The notes below the pieces were generated by a model. That model was not told the DNA's origin and made no database searches. It saw nothing but the letters and a program-made list of their open reading frames with translations. A stretch of 64,000 bases of DNA from Candidatus Cloacimonadota bacterium (GTDB taxonomy: Bacteria; Cloacimonadota; Cloacimonadia; JGIOTU-2). The stretch lies in contig JBNGBT010000007.1 of assembly GCA_049903315.1 (NCBI GenBank), positions 64,360-128,359 on the forward strand, written 5' to 3'. Every line of letters starts with the position of its first letter. The stretch's first letter is position 1. Below, piece by piece: positions 28,897 through 37,852 of this stretch. Position numbers and translations under genes: made by a program.

Positions 28897-30162
28897 ATGA
28901 TACATCAAAAGCTCGAAGGTTTGCAAATTATTGGTTTCTATGAAAACAGTCAACTCCTCGAAAGTGGTGTCGAGGTCGGGGACTGGCTCATAGAATATAA
29001 TGGCGAGTTGATACAAAGCAAAGAACAACTCACTGAACTGAAATTGCGCTTTCAGGGAATCACGAACATCATAATACGAATCAAACGTAACGATAATGAT
29101 GAGTACTTCCAGATATGGCCCGGTGAACTGGGTGTGTATCTTGCTGAAGTTGAGAAAAGTCCGGTAATAAAAAAAGACGCAGTCCGTATTGACAGCATCA
29201 AGCGTATGGAAAAGAAAACAGGGCTTGAGAACACTTTCTTTACTTCAGTGAAGGAAATTTTTAATCATTATGAGATCGATATAGACTACCATGTGCTCCT
29301 CTGTCTTTCCGGTTACCCCTTCAGATTACAATTCCGGGAAGATTTTTCTCTGGAAACCTTTGATCCAACCGAAGGATATGACTGTGCTTCGTTCCTCTTC
29401 AAAAATCTTGGTCTTAAATGGGAAACTCATAAAAATGAGACAGAGAAAAAAATAAAAAAAATTATTTTTAAAAGCATCGATAGTGGCATCCCGGTTCTCG
29501 CACGAAATCTGTATGGAAAAGATGAATGGGGGATCATTACTGGTTATCAAAATAATGGTGAGGAACTTTTCTGCAGAAGTTTCAGCGATAAAACCCTGGA
29601 TTATTCCATTGCCCCGAACATTCCTTCAAAAGTAATAATATTTAAAGAAGCACCCTCTTTACCTGGTGACTCAGGAGATATTAAAGATCTCACGGACCAG
29701 ATCGTAGCAGCGCTGCATGTAGCTGAAGAACTTCTCAACACTGACGACGCAAATGGTTATTTTCTCGGGAACATGGCTCTTCAGAAATGGCAGGAAGCTT
29801 TGGACAATCATGATTTCTTTGATAAACTCTCAAATCATGAATATGATGTCATCTGCAAGATCAACTGCCAGCTTTTTGACCGATACAGCTACAATTGTCA
29901 GCTTGCTTCAGAATTGTTTGCAGATATAATCAGCATTTTTGAAGAATCCAAAGAACATCTGAAGCGACTGAGCAAATTCTATAAAGCAGAATCAAAAGTA
30001 CTGGGAGATTGTCAGAGATTCATACCAAAAACTTCAGAAGAAAATCTTAAGCATTACTGGAATAAAAAATCCCGTACTAATGAGATCGTTGCTCTTATAA
30101 AAATTCAAAAAAAGAACCGCGAGATCATGTCAATAATGGAGAAACTCCCACTCTTTAAATAA
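28897..30162 (+). CDS. Hypothetical cytoplasmic protein with an N-terminal PDZ-like domain and a BtrH/C39-like domain
   Basis: GVEVGDWLIEYNGELI (PDZ-like); LSGYPFR and IDSGIPVLA...EWGIITGY (BtrH_N/C39-like by resemblance). Confidence 0.55.
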   Translation: MIHQKLEGLQIIGFYENSQLLESGVEVGDWLIEYNGELIQSKEQLTELKLRFQGITNIIIRIKRNDNDEYFQIWPGELGVYLAEVEKSPVIKKDAVRIDSIKRMEKKTGLENTFFTSVKEIFNHYEIDIDYHVLLCLSGYPFRLQFREDFSLETFDPTEGYDCASFLFKNLGLKWETHKNETEKKIKKIIFKSIDSGIPVLARNLYGKDEWGIITGYQNNGEELFCRSFSDKTLDYSIAPNIPSKVIIFKEAPSLPGDSGDIKDLTDQIVAALHVAEELLNTDDANGYFLGNMALQKWQEALDNHDFFDKLSNHEYDVICKINCQLFDRYSYNCQLASELFADIISIFEESKEHLKRLSKFYKAESKVLGDCQRFIPKTSEENLKHYWNKKSRTNEIVALIKIQKKNREIMSIMEKLPLFK

Positions 30163-30245
30163 TTGTAATATAGTTTGACAGCGCAAAGTCAATTTCAAGA
30201 TTTTAACCAATAAATAAACAAGAAATCATAATTAAAGGAGAACAC

Positions 30246-30569
30246 ATGTTCACATCTTTATTATATGCCCAGGAAGCGACTGAAGGAGCAGCACAGCAGA
30301 CTGCACAGGGTGGCGGCATAATGGGATTTTTACCCATTATTATCATGTTCGTCATTCTCTATTTCCTTCTTATAAGACCTCAGCAGAAAAAGCAAAAAGA
30401 CATGGTCAAGATGCGTGATGAACTTCAGAAAAATGAAAAAGTCATCACAAGCGGCGGCATAATCGGCACTATTTACAGCATCAAAGGTGATGTTGTGGTG
30501 CTTAAAGTCGACGAAAATGTCAAAATCGAAATCACTAAGAGTGCAATTGCCACAAAATTCACTAATTAG
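30246..30569 (+). CDS. yajC: Preprotein translocase subunit YajC
   Basis: YFLLIRPQQKKQK and VITSGGIIGTI. Confidence 0.95.
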   Translation: MFTSLLYAQEATEGAAQQTAQGGGIMGFLPIIIMFVILYFLLIRPQQKKQKDMVKMRDELQKNEKVITSGGIIGTIYSIKGDVVVLKVDENVKIEITKSAIATKFTN

Positions 30570-30571
30570 TT

Positions 30572-31102
30572 ATGATACAAAAAATTCGTTTATTCGGGGA
30601 TGAGGTTCTGCGAAAAACAGCAGAACCGATCTCCCCTGAAGATCAGAAAGCAGCGCAAGTCGTTCAGGATTTGATAGACACACTTGGTGCCAACGAAGAA
30701 TTTGCATTAGCTGCACCACAGGTTGGACACTCTTTCCGCATTTTTGTGATAAATCCTATCTGGATCGAAGATGTGGAAAAGCGCCGTCCAATGATATTTA
30801 TTAATCCTGAATTGTTGGAATTTGAAGGAGATCAATTCGTACCTGAAGGGTGTTTGAGTGTGCCCGAAATCTATGAGAAAGTCAAACGGGCACAAACTGT
30901 AAAACTCCGTGCTCAAGACCTTTCAGGTAAATGGAAAAAATATACAGGACAAGAGCTTTTTGCCAGAGCAGTGCAGCATGAAAACGATCATCTGGATGGT
31001 ATTCTATTTATAGATAAGATCTCTCCAATCAGAAGGAGATTGTTACATGGAAAACTTAAAACTATGGCATCAACAACCAAAAACGGAGTTAATGTTGGGT
31101 GA
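30572..31102 (+). CDS. def: Peptide deformylase
   Basis: LAAPQVG, EGCLS and QHENDHLDG. Confidence 0.96.
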   Translation: MIQKIRLFGDEVLRKTAEPISPEDQKAAQVVQDLIDTLGANEEFALAAPQVGHSFRIFVINPIWIEDVEKRRPMIFINPELLEFEGDQFVPEGCLSVPEIYEKVKRAQTVKLRAQDLSGKWKKYTGQELFARAVQHENDHLDGILFIDKISPIRRRLLHGKLKTMASTTKNGVNVG

Positions 31103-32046
31103 GACGGATTGAAAAAATAATCTTTATGGGAACTCCGGAATTTGCAGTTCCCACACTCAAAAAACTTATACAAGAACACAGAACACCACAATTAGTTATA
31201 ACTCAGCCGGACAGGAAAAGGGGAAGAGGACAAAAGCTGACATACTCTCCAGTTAAAGAAATTGCACTTGAACATAATTTGGAAGTATATCAACCTCAAT
31301 CTGTAAACATTCCGTCATCCATCGAAAAAATACAAGCATATAAACCGGATCTGATCATCACTGCTGCGTTCGGGAAGATCTTGAAAAACAAACTACTGAA
31401 TATCCCCAAATTCGGCTGCATCAATCTTCATCCATCTCTCTTACCAAAGTATAGGGGACCTTCTCCTATCACATGGGCACTTCTCCACGGAGATACGGTC
31501 ACAGGCACTTCAATCTTCTATATGATCAGTAAAATGGATGCAGGTGATATCATTGTTCAAAGCAGATTGACCATTCAACATGATGATAACTTCAGCACAC
31601 TCTCTAAAAAATTAAGTGAAAAGGGTGCAAATGACTTGTTAAAAGCGATTTCTCTCATTGAGCAGGGAAAGGACTCACCAGTTCCTCAAAACGACCGGTA
31701 TGCAACCTATTCGCATCTGATAACCCGTGAAAACCGCCAAATCAACTGGCATCAAACTGCTGATGAGATAAATAATCAGATACGGAGTCTCGCACCACAA
31801 CCGGGAGCATTCAGTTATCTCAAAGGAAAAGAGATAAAAATTTTGAAAGCAACGCCAACGTACAGAGAGCATTCATCTTTTGGGAAGATAGTAGAAATTG
31901 AGAAACTCGAAGGATTTCTTGTGTCCACAGGATACAGACTACTTCTTGTGAGAGAAATAAAACCTCAGGGAAAACCTGCAATGTCCGCATATGCATACAG
32001 TCTGGGAGCTGATATACTCGATGAAAAATTCGAAGACCAACCCTAA
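31099..32046 (+). CDS. fmt: Methionyl-tRNA formyltransferase
   Basis: FMGTPEFA, TQPDR, NLHPSLLPKYRG and MDAGDI. Confidence 0.96.
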   Translation: MRRIEKIIFMGTPEFAVPTLKKLIQEHRTPQLVITQPDRKRGRGQKLTYSPVKEIALEHNLEVYQPQSVNIPSSIEKIQAYKPDLIITAAFGKILKNKLLNIPKFGCINLHPSLLPKYRGPSPITWALLHGDTVTGTSIFYMISKMDAGDIIVQSRLTIQHDDNFSTLSKKLSEKGANDLLKAISLIEQGKDSPVPQNDRYATYSHLITRENRQINWHQTADEINNQIRSLAPQPGAFSYLKGKEIKILKATPTYREHSSFGKIVEIEKLEGFLVSTGYRLLLVREIKPQGKPAMSAYAYSLGADILDEKFEDQP

Positions 32047-32800
32047 ACCTGTCGGCAAAGCTCTTTTTCTCTGGCTTTCAACGATCAGCCTTATTCTTCT
32101 GATGGTTGGAGTGACCGCACTGTGGTATTTCATTTCTCCGCGACTTCATGAGTTCAACGAAGCATTCCCTTTTATCCTTCTCACTGGATTGAGAATATTT
32201 TTCTTTCTTCTTGTGATCGGTTCGATACTTGTGCTCCTCACTGCGATCTTTGAGAGAAATTTCATCATTGCCAGATTTGCTGCTCATCTCTTTATTAGAA
32301 TAATGTACCCCGTATGTGTATTTTTCGGTTCACTCATAGGCATTCCGGAGGAGCGTATCGGAGAATCCTTTGTACGGGTTAATGACACGTTTATAAGATC
32401 TTTACGAAAAAAGTTCGATCCAAAAGAAACACTCGTTCTCTTACCTCACTGCCTGCAGGATACTTCCTGCACAGTCAGAATAACGATTGACCCCTCAAAT
32501 TGCAAAAGGTGCATGCGCTGCGATATAGGGAAAGTTCTGGAACTTTGCGATGAGTTCGGGGTCAATGTCTCGATTGCCACCGGTGGTACTCTTGCACGAA
32601 GGATAATCATTGATAAAAGACCAAAAGTTATCATTGCCGTCGCATGTTATCGTGACCTGGTTTCGGGAATTCGGGATGCGTATCCTATTATGACGCTTGG
32701 AGTTTTCAACCTCCGTCCGAACGGACCCTGTATCAATACTCATGTAAATATTGATATTCTTAGGCAAGCACTGCAGTCAGTTGTAAAGAGTCCCGTATAA
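32021..32800 (+). CDS. DUF116 domain membrane protein
   Basis: LLPHCLQ, CKRCMRCDIG, ATGGTLAR, AVACYRDL and PNGPCINT; follows fmt. Confidence 0.88.
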   Translation: MKNSKTNPKPVGKALFLWLSTISLILLMVGVTALWYFISPRLHEFNEAFPFILLTGLRIFFFLLVIGSILVLLTAIFERNFIIARFAAHLFIRIMYPVCVFFGSLIGIPEERIGESFVRVNDTFIRSLRKKFDPKETLVLLPHCLQDTSCTVRITIDPSNCKRCMRCDIGKVLELCDEFGVNVSIATGGTLARRIIIDKRPKVIIAVACYRDLVSGIRDAYPIMTLGVFNLRPNGPCINTHVNIDILRQALQSVVKSPV

Positions 32801-32813
32801 TTAATCACGCACA

Positions 32814-34265
32814 ATGCAGTATAGCGGATATCCAATCAATAAAATTTCCGAAGCTATCTGGGAAATTCCCAGTTCAGGCAAAATGACGGTTCCTGCAAGA
32901 TTTTATGCGACCGAAAAGATGCTTCCTCAAATTTTCAAAGATAATGCTCTCTCTCAGCTTCTCAATGTGGCACATCTTCCGGGAATCCAAAATTACGCAA
33001 TGGCAATGCCGGATATTCATTATGGTTATGGATTTCCTATTGGCGGAGTAGCAGCATTTGATGTTGAGAACGGAATAATATCACCGGGCGGTGTCGGATA
33101 CGATATTAACTGCGGAGTGAGATTTTGCAGGACAAATCTTTCATATAATGACATCAAAGATATGATCCCTAAAATTGTAGAAGGTTTTTACAGATATGTT
33201 CCAAGCGGACTCGGTTCGAGTGGTGCCATCAAGACGCTTAATCAAAAAGAAGAAACCGAAGTAATGCTCAAGGGTGCAAAATGGGCGATCGAGCAAGGAT
33301 TTGGTAACGAGAATGATCTCAAACATATAGAAAATTACGGCTGCATGGAAGAGGCAAATCCAGACACGGTAAGCGACCGCGCACGACGAAGAGGGCTTGA
33401 CCAGGTTGGCACATTGGGCTCGGGAAATCACTTTCTTGAAATCGGTATGATTGATAAAATATATAATGAACACCTTACTCAAAAATTATCGCTTGAAAAG
33501 GATCAGGTTATCGTCATTGTGCATAGCGGCTCACGTGGATTCGGATACCAGGTTTGTGACGATTTTCTTCATCAAATGGTGAGGGATTTGCCCTCTTTAC
33601 CCTATAAAATTCCCGACAAACAGCTTGCATGTGCGCAGTTCACCTCCGAACTTGGACAGAAATATTATCAGGCAATGTGCTGTGCTGCAAATTATGCATG
33701 GGCAAACAGGCAGGTATTGATGAGCCTTGCAGAAAAAGCGCTCATGAAGACACTTGCAATCTCTGAGGATCAACTCGGTTTTCAGCTCATATATGATGTA
33801 TGCCATAATATCGCAAAAAAAGAAACACATACTGTGGGCGACAAAGAAATGAACCTGTGTGTTCATAGAAAAGGTGCAACTCGCGCTTTCGGTCCGGGAC
33901 GCGAGGAACTTTCTGAAGTGTACAGAGAAATAGGGCAGCCGGTTATTATTCCCGGAGATATGGGAACAAATTCATTTCTGCTGCTTGGAACAGAAAAAGC
34001 AATGCAAGAGAGTTTTGGCTCTTGTTGCCATGGTGCAGGGAGAGTGATGAGCAGGAACCAGGCAAAGCGGACATATTCCTTCCAACAGGTGAAAGATGAA
34101 ATGCAAAAAAAGGGAATTGTTGTTTTCTCGGTTCAGAAGAATACACTTGTGGAAGAATCACCTCATACCTATAAAAATGTTTCAGATGTTGTCGAAGCAG
34201 TCGAAATAGCAGGTCTTGCAAAAAAGATCTTACGCACAAGACCACTGGGTGTACTCAAAGGTTAG
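32814..34265 (+). CDS. rtcB: RNA ligase RtcB (long, archaeal/eukaryote-like type)
   Basis: MPDIHYGYGFPIGG, GYDINCG, GTLGSGNHF, HSGSRG, HN...HRKGAT and HGAGR. Confidence 0.96.
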   Translation: MQYSGYPINKISEAIWEIPSSGKMTVPARFYATEKMLPQIFKDNALSQLLNVAHLPGIQNYAMAMPDIHYGYGFPIGGVAAFDVENGIISPGGVGYDINCGVRFCRTNLSYNDIKDMIPKIVEGFYRYVPSGLGSSGAIKTLNQKEETEVMLKGAKWAIEQGFGNENDLKHIENYGCMEEANPDTVSDRARRRGLDQVGTLGSGNHFLEIGMIDKIYNEHLTQKLSLEKDQVIVIVHSGSRGFGYQVCDDFLHQMVRDLPSLPYKIPDKQLACAQFTSELGQKYYQAMCCAANYAWANRQVLMSLAEKALMKTLAISEDQLGFQLIYDVCHNIAKKETHTVGDKEMNLCVHRKGATRAFGPGREELSEVYREIGQPVIIPGDMGTNSFLLLGTEKAMQESFGSCCHGAGRVMSRNQAKRTYSFQQVKDEMQKKGIVVFSVQKNTLVEESPHTYKNVSDVVEAVEIAGLAKKILRTRPLGVLKG

Positions 34266-34688
34266 ATGAAATACAGAATAATTGATCATACCGCTGACCT
34301 TGCTGTAGAATTTCACGGTAAGTCTGTTACAGAACTTTTTGAGAACAGTGCAGTGTCACTTTCTGAAATAATTTTTAACCGAAAAATAGAAATCAAGGAT
34401 GGGTCTTCATTAGAACTTATTTTCTCAAGTGATAATATAGAAATAAATTATATTGATTTTTTACGAGAAATTTTATTTCAAATTAATCAAAACTACTATT
34501 ACTTTTATGCATGTGAAGCTACTTTTTTATCAGAAACTGCACTCTCGATAATATGTTTTTATTCTCAACTCAAACAAGAAGATATCAAAAATGAGATCAA
34601 AGCAGTTACGTATCATGAATGCAGCATCAACGATAAATTGATTGAGACTCAAAAGATATATTTTGCAAAAGTAACATTTGATATTTGA
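34266..34688 (+). CDS. Archease (RtcB cofactor)
   Basis: IDHTADL, IKAVTYH and C-terminal FDI; abuts rtcB (TAGATG). Confidence 0.93.
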   Translation: MKYRIIDHTADLAVEFHGKSVTELFENSAVSLSEIIFNRKIEIKDGSSLELIFSSDNIEINYIDFLREILFQINQNYYYFYACEATFLSETALSIICFYSQLKQEDIKNEIKAVTYHECSINDKLIETQKIYFAKVTFDI

Positions 34689-34743
34689 GAGTATTGACAA
34701 TTGAGAAGATGCATATATTTTATTCATAAAAACGAGGTCTACA

Positions 34744-35421
34744 ATGTTTTATGATTCTACATTTTTCCTCCTTATTCCAGTATTGCTTCTTGCATTTTAT
34801 GCACAGAGTAAGGTCAAAGGGAATTATATAAAATACAGCAAAGTAAGAAATTCTTCCGGCAGCACTGGAGCGGAAGTTGCAAGGAATATTTTACAGTCAA
34901 ACGGCATTAATGACGTAACCATCAAAGAGATTGAAGGAACACTGTCAGACAATTATAATTCAAAGAAAAAAGAGCTTAATCTCTCTCACGATGTATATCA
35001 TGGAAATTCCATAGCTGCGATAAGTATTGCTGCCCATGAAGCTGGTCACGCGGTTCAACACGCTGAGAATTATGCACCTCTCGGCATCAGAACGGGTATC
35101 TTTCCCATTGCTAATTTCGGTTCCATGCTTGCTTTTCCAATGTTCATCATTGGGCTTATTCTGCGAACACCCCTGCTTATGGATATCGGCATTATTCTAT
35201 TTGCAGGAGCGCTTTTCTTTCATGTGGTCACTCTTCCTGTGGAATTCAATGCATCCAAACGTGCGCTTATACATCTTGAAAATAATTATATTGCAAATGC
35301 TGATGAAATGACAGGTGCAAAAAAAGTGCTCAATTCAGCAACACTCACATATGTTGCTTCCACACTCATGGCACTCATGCAGTTCCTCAGACTGCTTATT
35401 CTTCGCGGTTCACGAGATTAG
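34744..35421 (+). CDS. Putative neutral zinc metallopeptidase (YugP-like)
   Basis: GAEVAR, AAHEAGHAVQH and TLPVEFNASKRA. Confidence 0.92.
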   Translation: MFYDSTFFLLIPVLLLAFYAQSKVKGNYIKYSKVRNSSGSTGAEVARNILQSNGINDVTIKEIEGTLSDNYNSKKKELNLSHDVYHGNSIAAISIAAHEAGHAVQHAENYAPLGIRTGIFPIANFGSMLAFPMFIIGLILRTPLLMDIGIILFAGALFFHVVTLPVEFNASKRALIHLENNYIANADEMTGAKKVLNSATLTYVASTLMALMQFLRLLILRGSRD

Positions 35422-35429
35422 AATCAAAT

Positions 35430-36155
35430 ATGAAGCACTTTTTAATACTCATCCTCGGCTTTCTCGCTGTTTGTATTCATTGTTCTCTACATGCAGAACA
35501 ACTGACAATTCTCTGTAATAATTTTTCTCCAAAGGATTCAGTTCGGGAACAGAGCAAAGACATGACCGATTCCTTGTTGCAGCAGTACAGCAATTTTTTT
35601 GAAATTTCACCCTTTCCATTTGTTGAGCAAAATGAACAGCAGATATGCTTTTTTAATCCGGCAATATTTTCTGAGAAAGTCATAAACTCAAATCAAAAAG
35701 TGCTTTCATCAAATATTCAAAGCACAGATTCTCTTTTTTATGATCTCATACCTTATCAGCCAGTTATGCTCGATACGCATTCTGTTGTTTTTATCAGCAT
35801 CACAACGCCGGATTTTCCGATCCTCTATAAGAAACATTCTCATGAGCTTACTGTTCAAATCGAGGTTTTTAAAAGAGTGACTGAACTCTGCGCAGTATTT
35901 AAAAAATTTGGTATTGATTATATCATTGCGATTAATTATCTTGGCGATTTTCTCAGCAAAGAAATGCTGCAGAAGTGTCCGGAACTAGACCTCGTGATCG
36001 ATTACTTTTCATTGGATAATACCCATCATTATATGAAGGAGATCACGCATCCGCGCCTGATAAACTGGAGCAGAAAAAAGGAGCATTTCCTCATTGTGGA
36101 AATTGAATTATCGGACAGCACACTCACAGTACAGGAAATCACCCGTATCGAATAG
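35430..36155 (+). CDS. Exported hypothetical protein, possibly a degenerate 5'-nucleotidase-type metallophosphatase fold
   Basis: Signal peptide; LTILCNN and DYIIAINYLG...CPELDLVIDY echo 5'-nucleotidase motifs without their His residues. Confidence 0.5.
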   Translation: MKHFLILILGFLAVCIHCSLHAEQLTILCNNFSPKDSVREQSKDMTDSLLQQYSNFFEISPFPFVEQNEQQICFFNPAIFSEKVINSNQKVLSSNIQSTDSLFYDLIPYQPVMLDTHSVVFISITTPDFPILYKKHSHELTVQIEVFKRVTELCAVFKKFGIDYIIAINYLGDFLSKEMLQKCPELDLVIDYFSLDNTHHYMKEITHPRLINWSRKKEHFLIVEIELSDSTLTVQEITRIE

Positions 36156-36168
36156 CACTTTTTCCCCG

Positions 36169-37404
36169 ATGATAAAAAGTTACATCAGCAATATCAAGCT
36201 CTTCTCGCGAAATGCAAAACTGTTTTTAATAGGAAATTTCTGTTTAAGTATTGGGATAAATATTTTCTGGCTTCTGTACAACCTCTATTTGAAGGAACTC
36301 GGTTTTCAGGAAGGATTTATCGGGAATGTTCTTTCACTCCGCTCTGTCGGCTCAGTCCTCATCGCACTTCCCGCAGCAGCGCTTATTAATAGAGTTCATA
36401 TTCGTTATGTGGTGATCGGCGGCGCACTTTTTTCTGCAGTGGGATTTTTTCTCCAGTCGGTCATCACAACAAAATCAGGTCTCATCCTTGCGGGATTTTA
36501 TACTGGGATGACTACGACATTCTACATGGTTGCATCAGCGCCTTTCTTTATGAGGAACAGCACAGAACGCGAGCGTGTTTATCTTTTCAGTATAAACTCA
36601 GCGCTTGGCATGGGAGCCGGCATTTTCGGCTCGATACTTGGCGGAGTTGTAAAAACCGTTTTCTATTCATTCACTCATTCCGAAGTAATTTCGTACCGCT
36701 TTGCGCTGATTTCTGCTGTTATCATTGCCTTGCTTGGAGTGATACCGTATCTGAAACTCAGAGAAAAACCAATCCCGAAGCGGGAGCATACAGGTTGTAA
36801 ATATTTCAAGCGAATGATGAAGGACACAAATTGGAATGTTATCTTCAAGCTGGCTTTACCCGGTTTTATTGTGGGCATGGGAGCAGGGCTGACAATTCCG
36901 TTTATCAATCTCTATTTCAGAGATGTCTTTCATCTTAAAGCAAATATGATCGGGATAATCTTTGCAATGGGGCAGGGAGCTGTGCTCCTCGGTATGCTGA
37001 CCAGTCCTCTCATCGCATCGAGAATAGGGAAGGTCAGAGCAATTCTTATCACACAAATGATCTCGATCCCATTTATGCTGATACTCGGTTATGTTCGCTT
37101 CATACCGATAGTTATCCTCGCATTTCTGATCCGTGGCGCAATGATGAACATGAGTATTCCGATTTCAAGCACCTTTTCAATGGAAAAAGTTACGGATAAG
37201 GAACATGCGATCACAAACAGCATTCTCATGCTGAGCTGGACCAGTTCGTGGGCAATAAGTGCACTCATCGGTGGACATATCATTGAGAAGTTTGGTTTTA
37301 CTTTGTGCTTCGGGCTTACAAGTGGATTGTATCTTGTTTCTACGCTTCTGTACTACCTCTTTTTCAGGAAGGATATGGTCGAGAAAATACGGATTACACA
37401 ATAA
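36169..37404 (+). CDS. MFS transporter
   Basis: About 12 hydrophobic segments; IASRIGKVR motif; probable ATG start at 36169. Confidence 0.9.
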   Translation: MIKSYISNIKLFSRNAKLFLIGNFCLSIGINIFWLLYNLYLKELGFQEGFIGNVLSLRSVGSVLIALPAAALINRVHIRYVVIGGALFSAVGFFLQSVITTKSGLILAGFYTGMTTTFYMVASAPFFMRNSTERERVYLFSINSALGMGAGIFGSILGGVVKTVFYSFTHSEVISYRFALISAVIIALLGVIPYLKLREKPIPKREHTGCKYFKRMMKDTNWNVIFKLALPGFIVGMGAGLTIPFINLYFRDVFHLKANMIGIIFAMGQGAVLLGMLTSPLIASRIGKVRAILITQMISIPFMLILGYVRFIPIVILAFLIRGAMMNMSIPISSTFSMEKVTDKEHAITNSILMLSWTSSWAISALIGGHIIEKFGFTLCFGLTSGLYLVSTLLYYLFFRKDMVEKIRITQ

Positions 37405-37445
37405 AACCTTGCGAACGTTTGACAAGGGAAACCTTCGCAACGATT
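37405..37445. repeat. REP-like palindrome or terminator-like hairpin, degenerate
   Basis: AACCTTGCGAACGTTT...AAACCTTCGCAACGATT directly after the MFS stop. Confidence 0.5.
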
Positions 37446-37852
37446 CGGTTGTACATCTAAAATCTCAAATCAGTATTCTTCAATCGTCATTCAAAAACCT
37501 CGTAATGGAGTGGTCCATGAGGACTCGATTATACTATTCTATGAGAAAAAATGAATCTATTCCTTTTCTCAAATTTATTAATCGAGTACTTTGTTAATTA
37601 TCTTTTTATAGTATGATATTTTCTCAGCATTCCCTTTTATTAAATTCTTCTTGGTTTCTGTTAATAGAATGAGTTATAATTTTGTAAAATATTATGCTTT
37701 TATGTTCACAAAAAAACTACAATATTTCACTCCAAATTTACTCCATAACTAACGTTAAAATAAATAGTTAAATATACTTCTAAAAAGTTTGACACCATTT
37801 CCAGTACCCCGATATTTTAGCTATAAATAATATGTATTTCAGGAGGATCTGA

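Noticed and set aside
37259..37597. 112-aa ORF spanning the MFS end and the intergenic hairpins
   Set aside because: Overlaps the MFS gene out of frame, has no RBS or motif, and crosses palindromic DNA.
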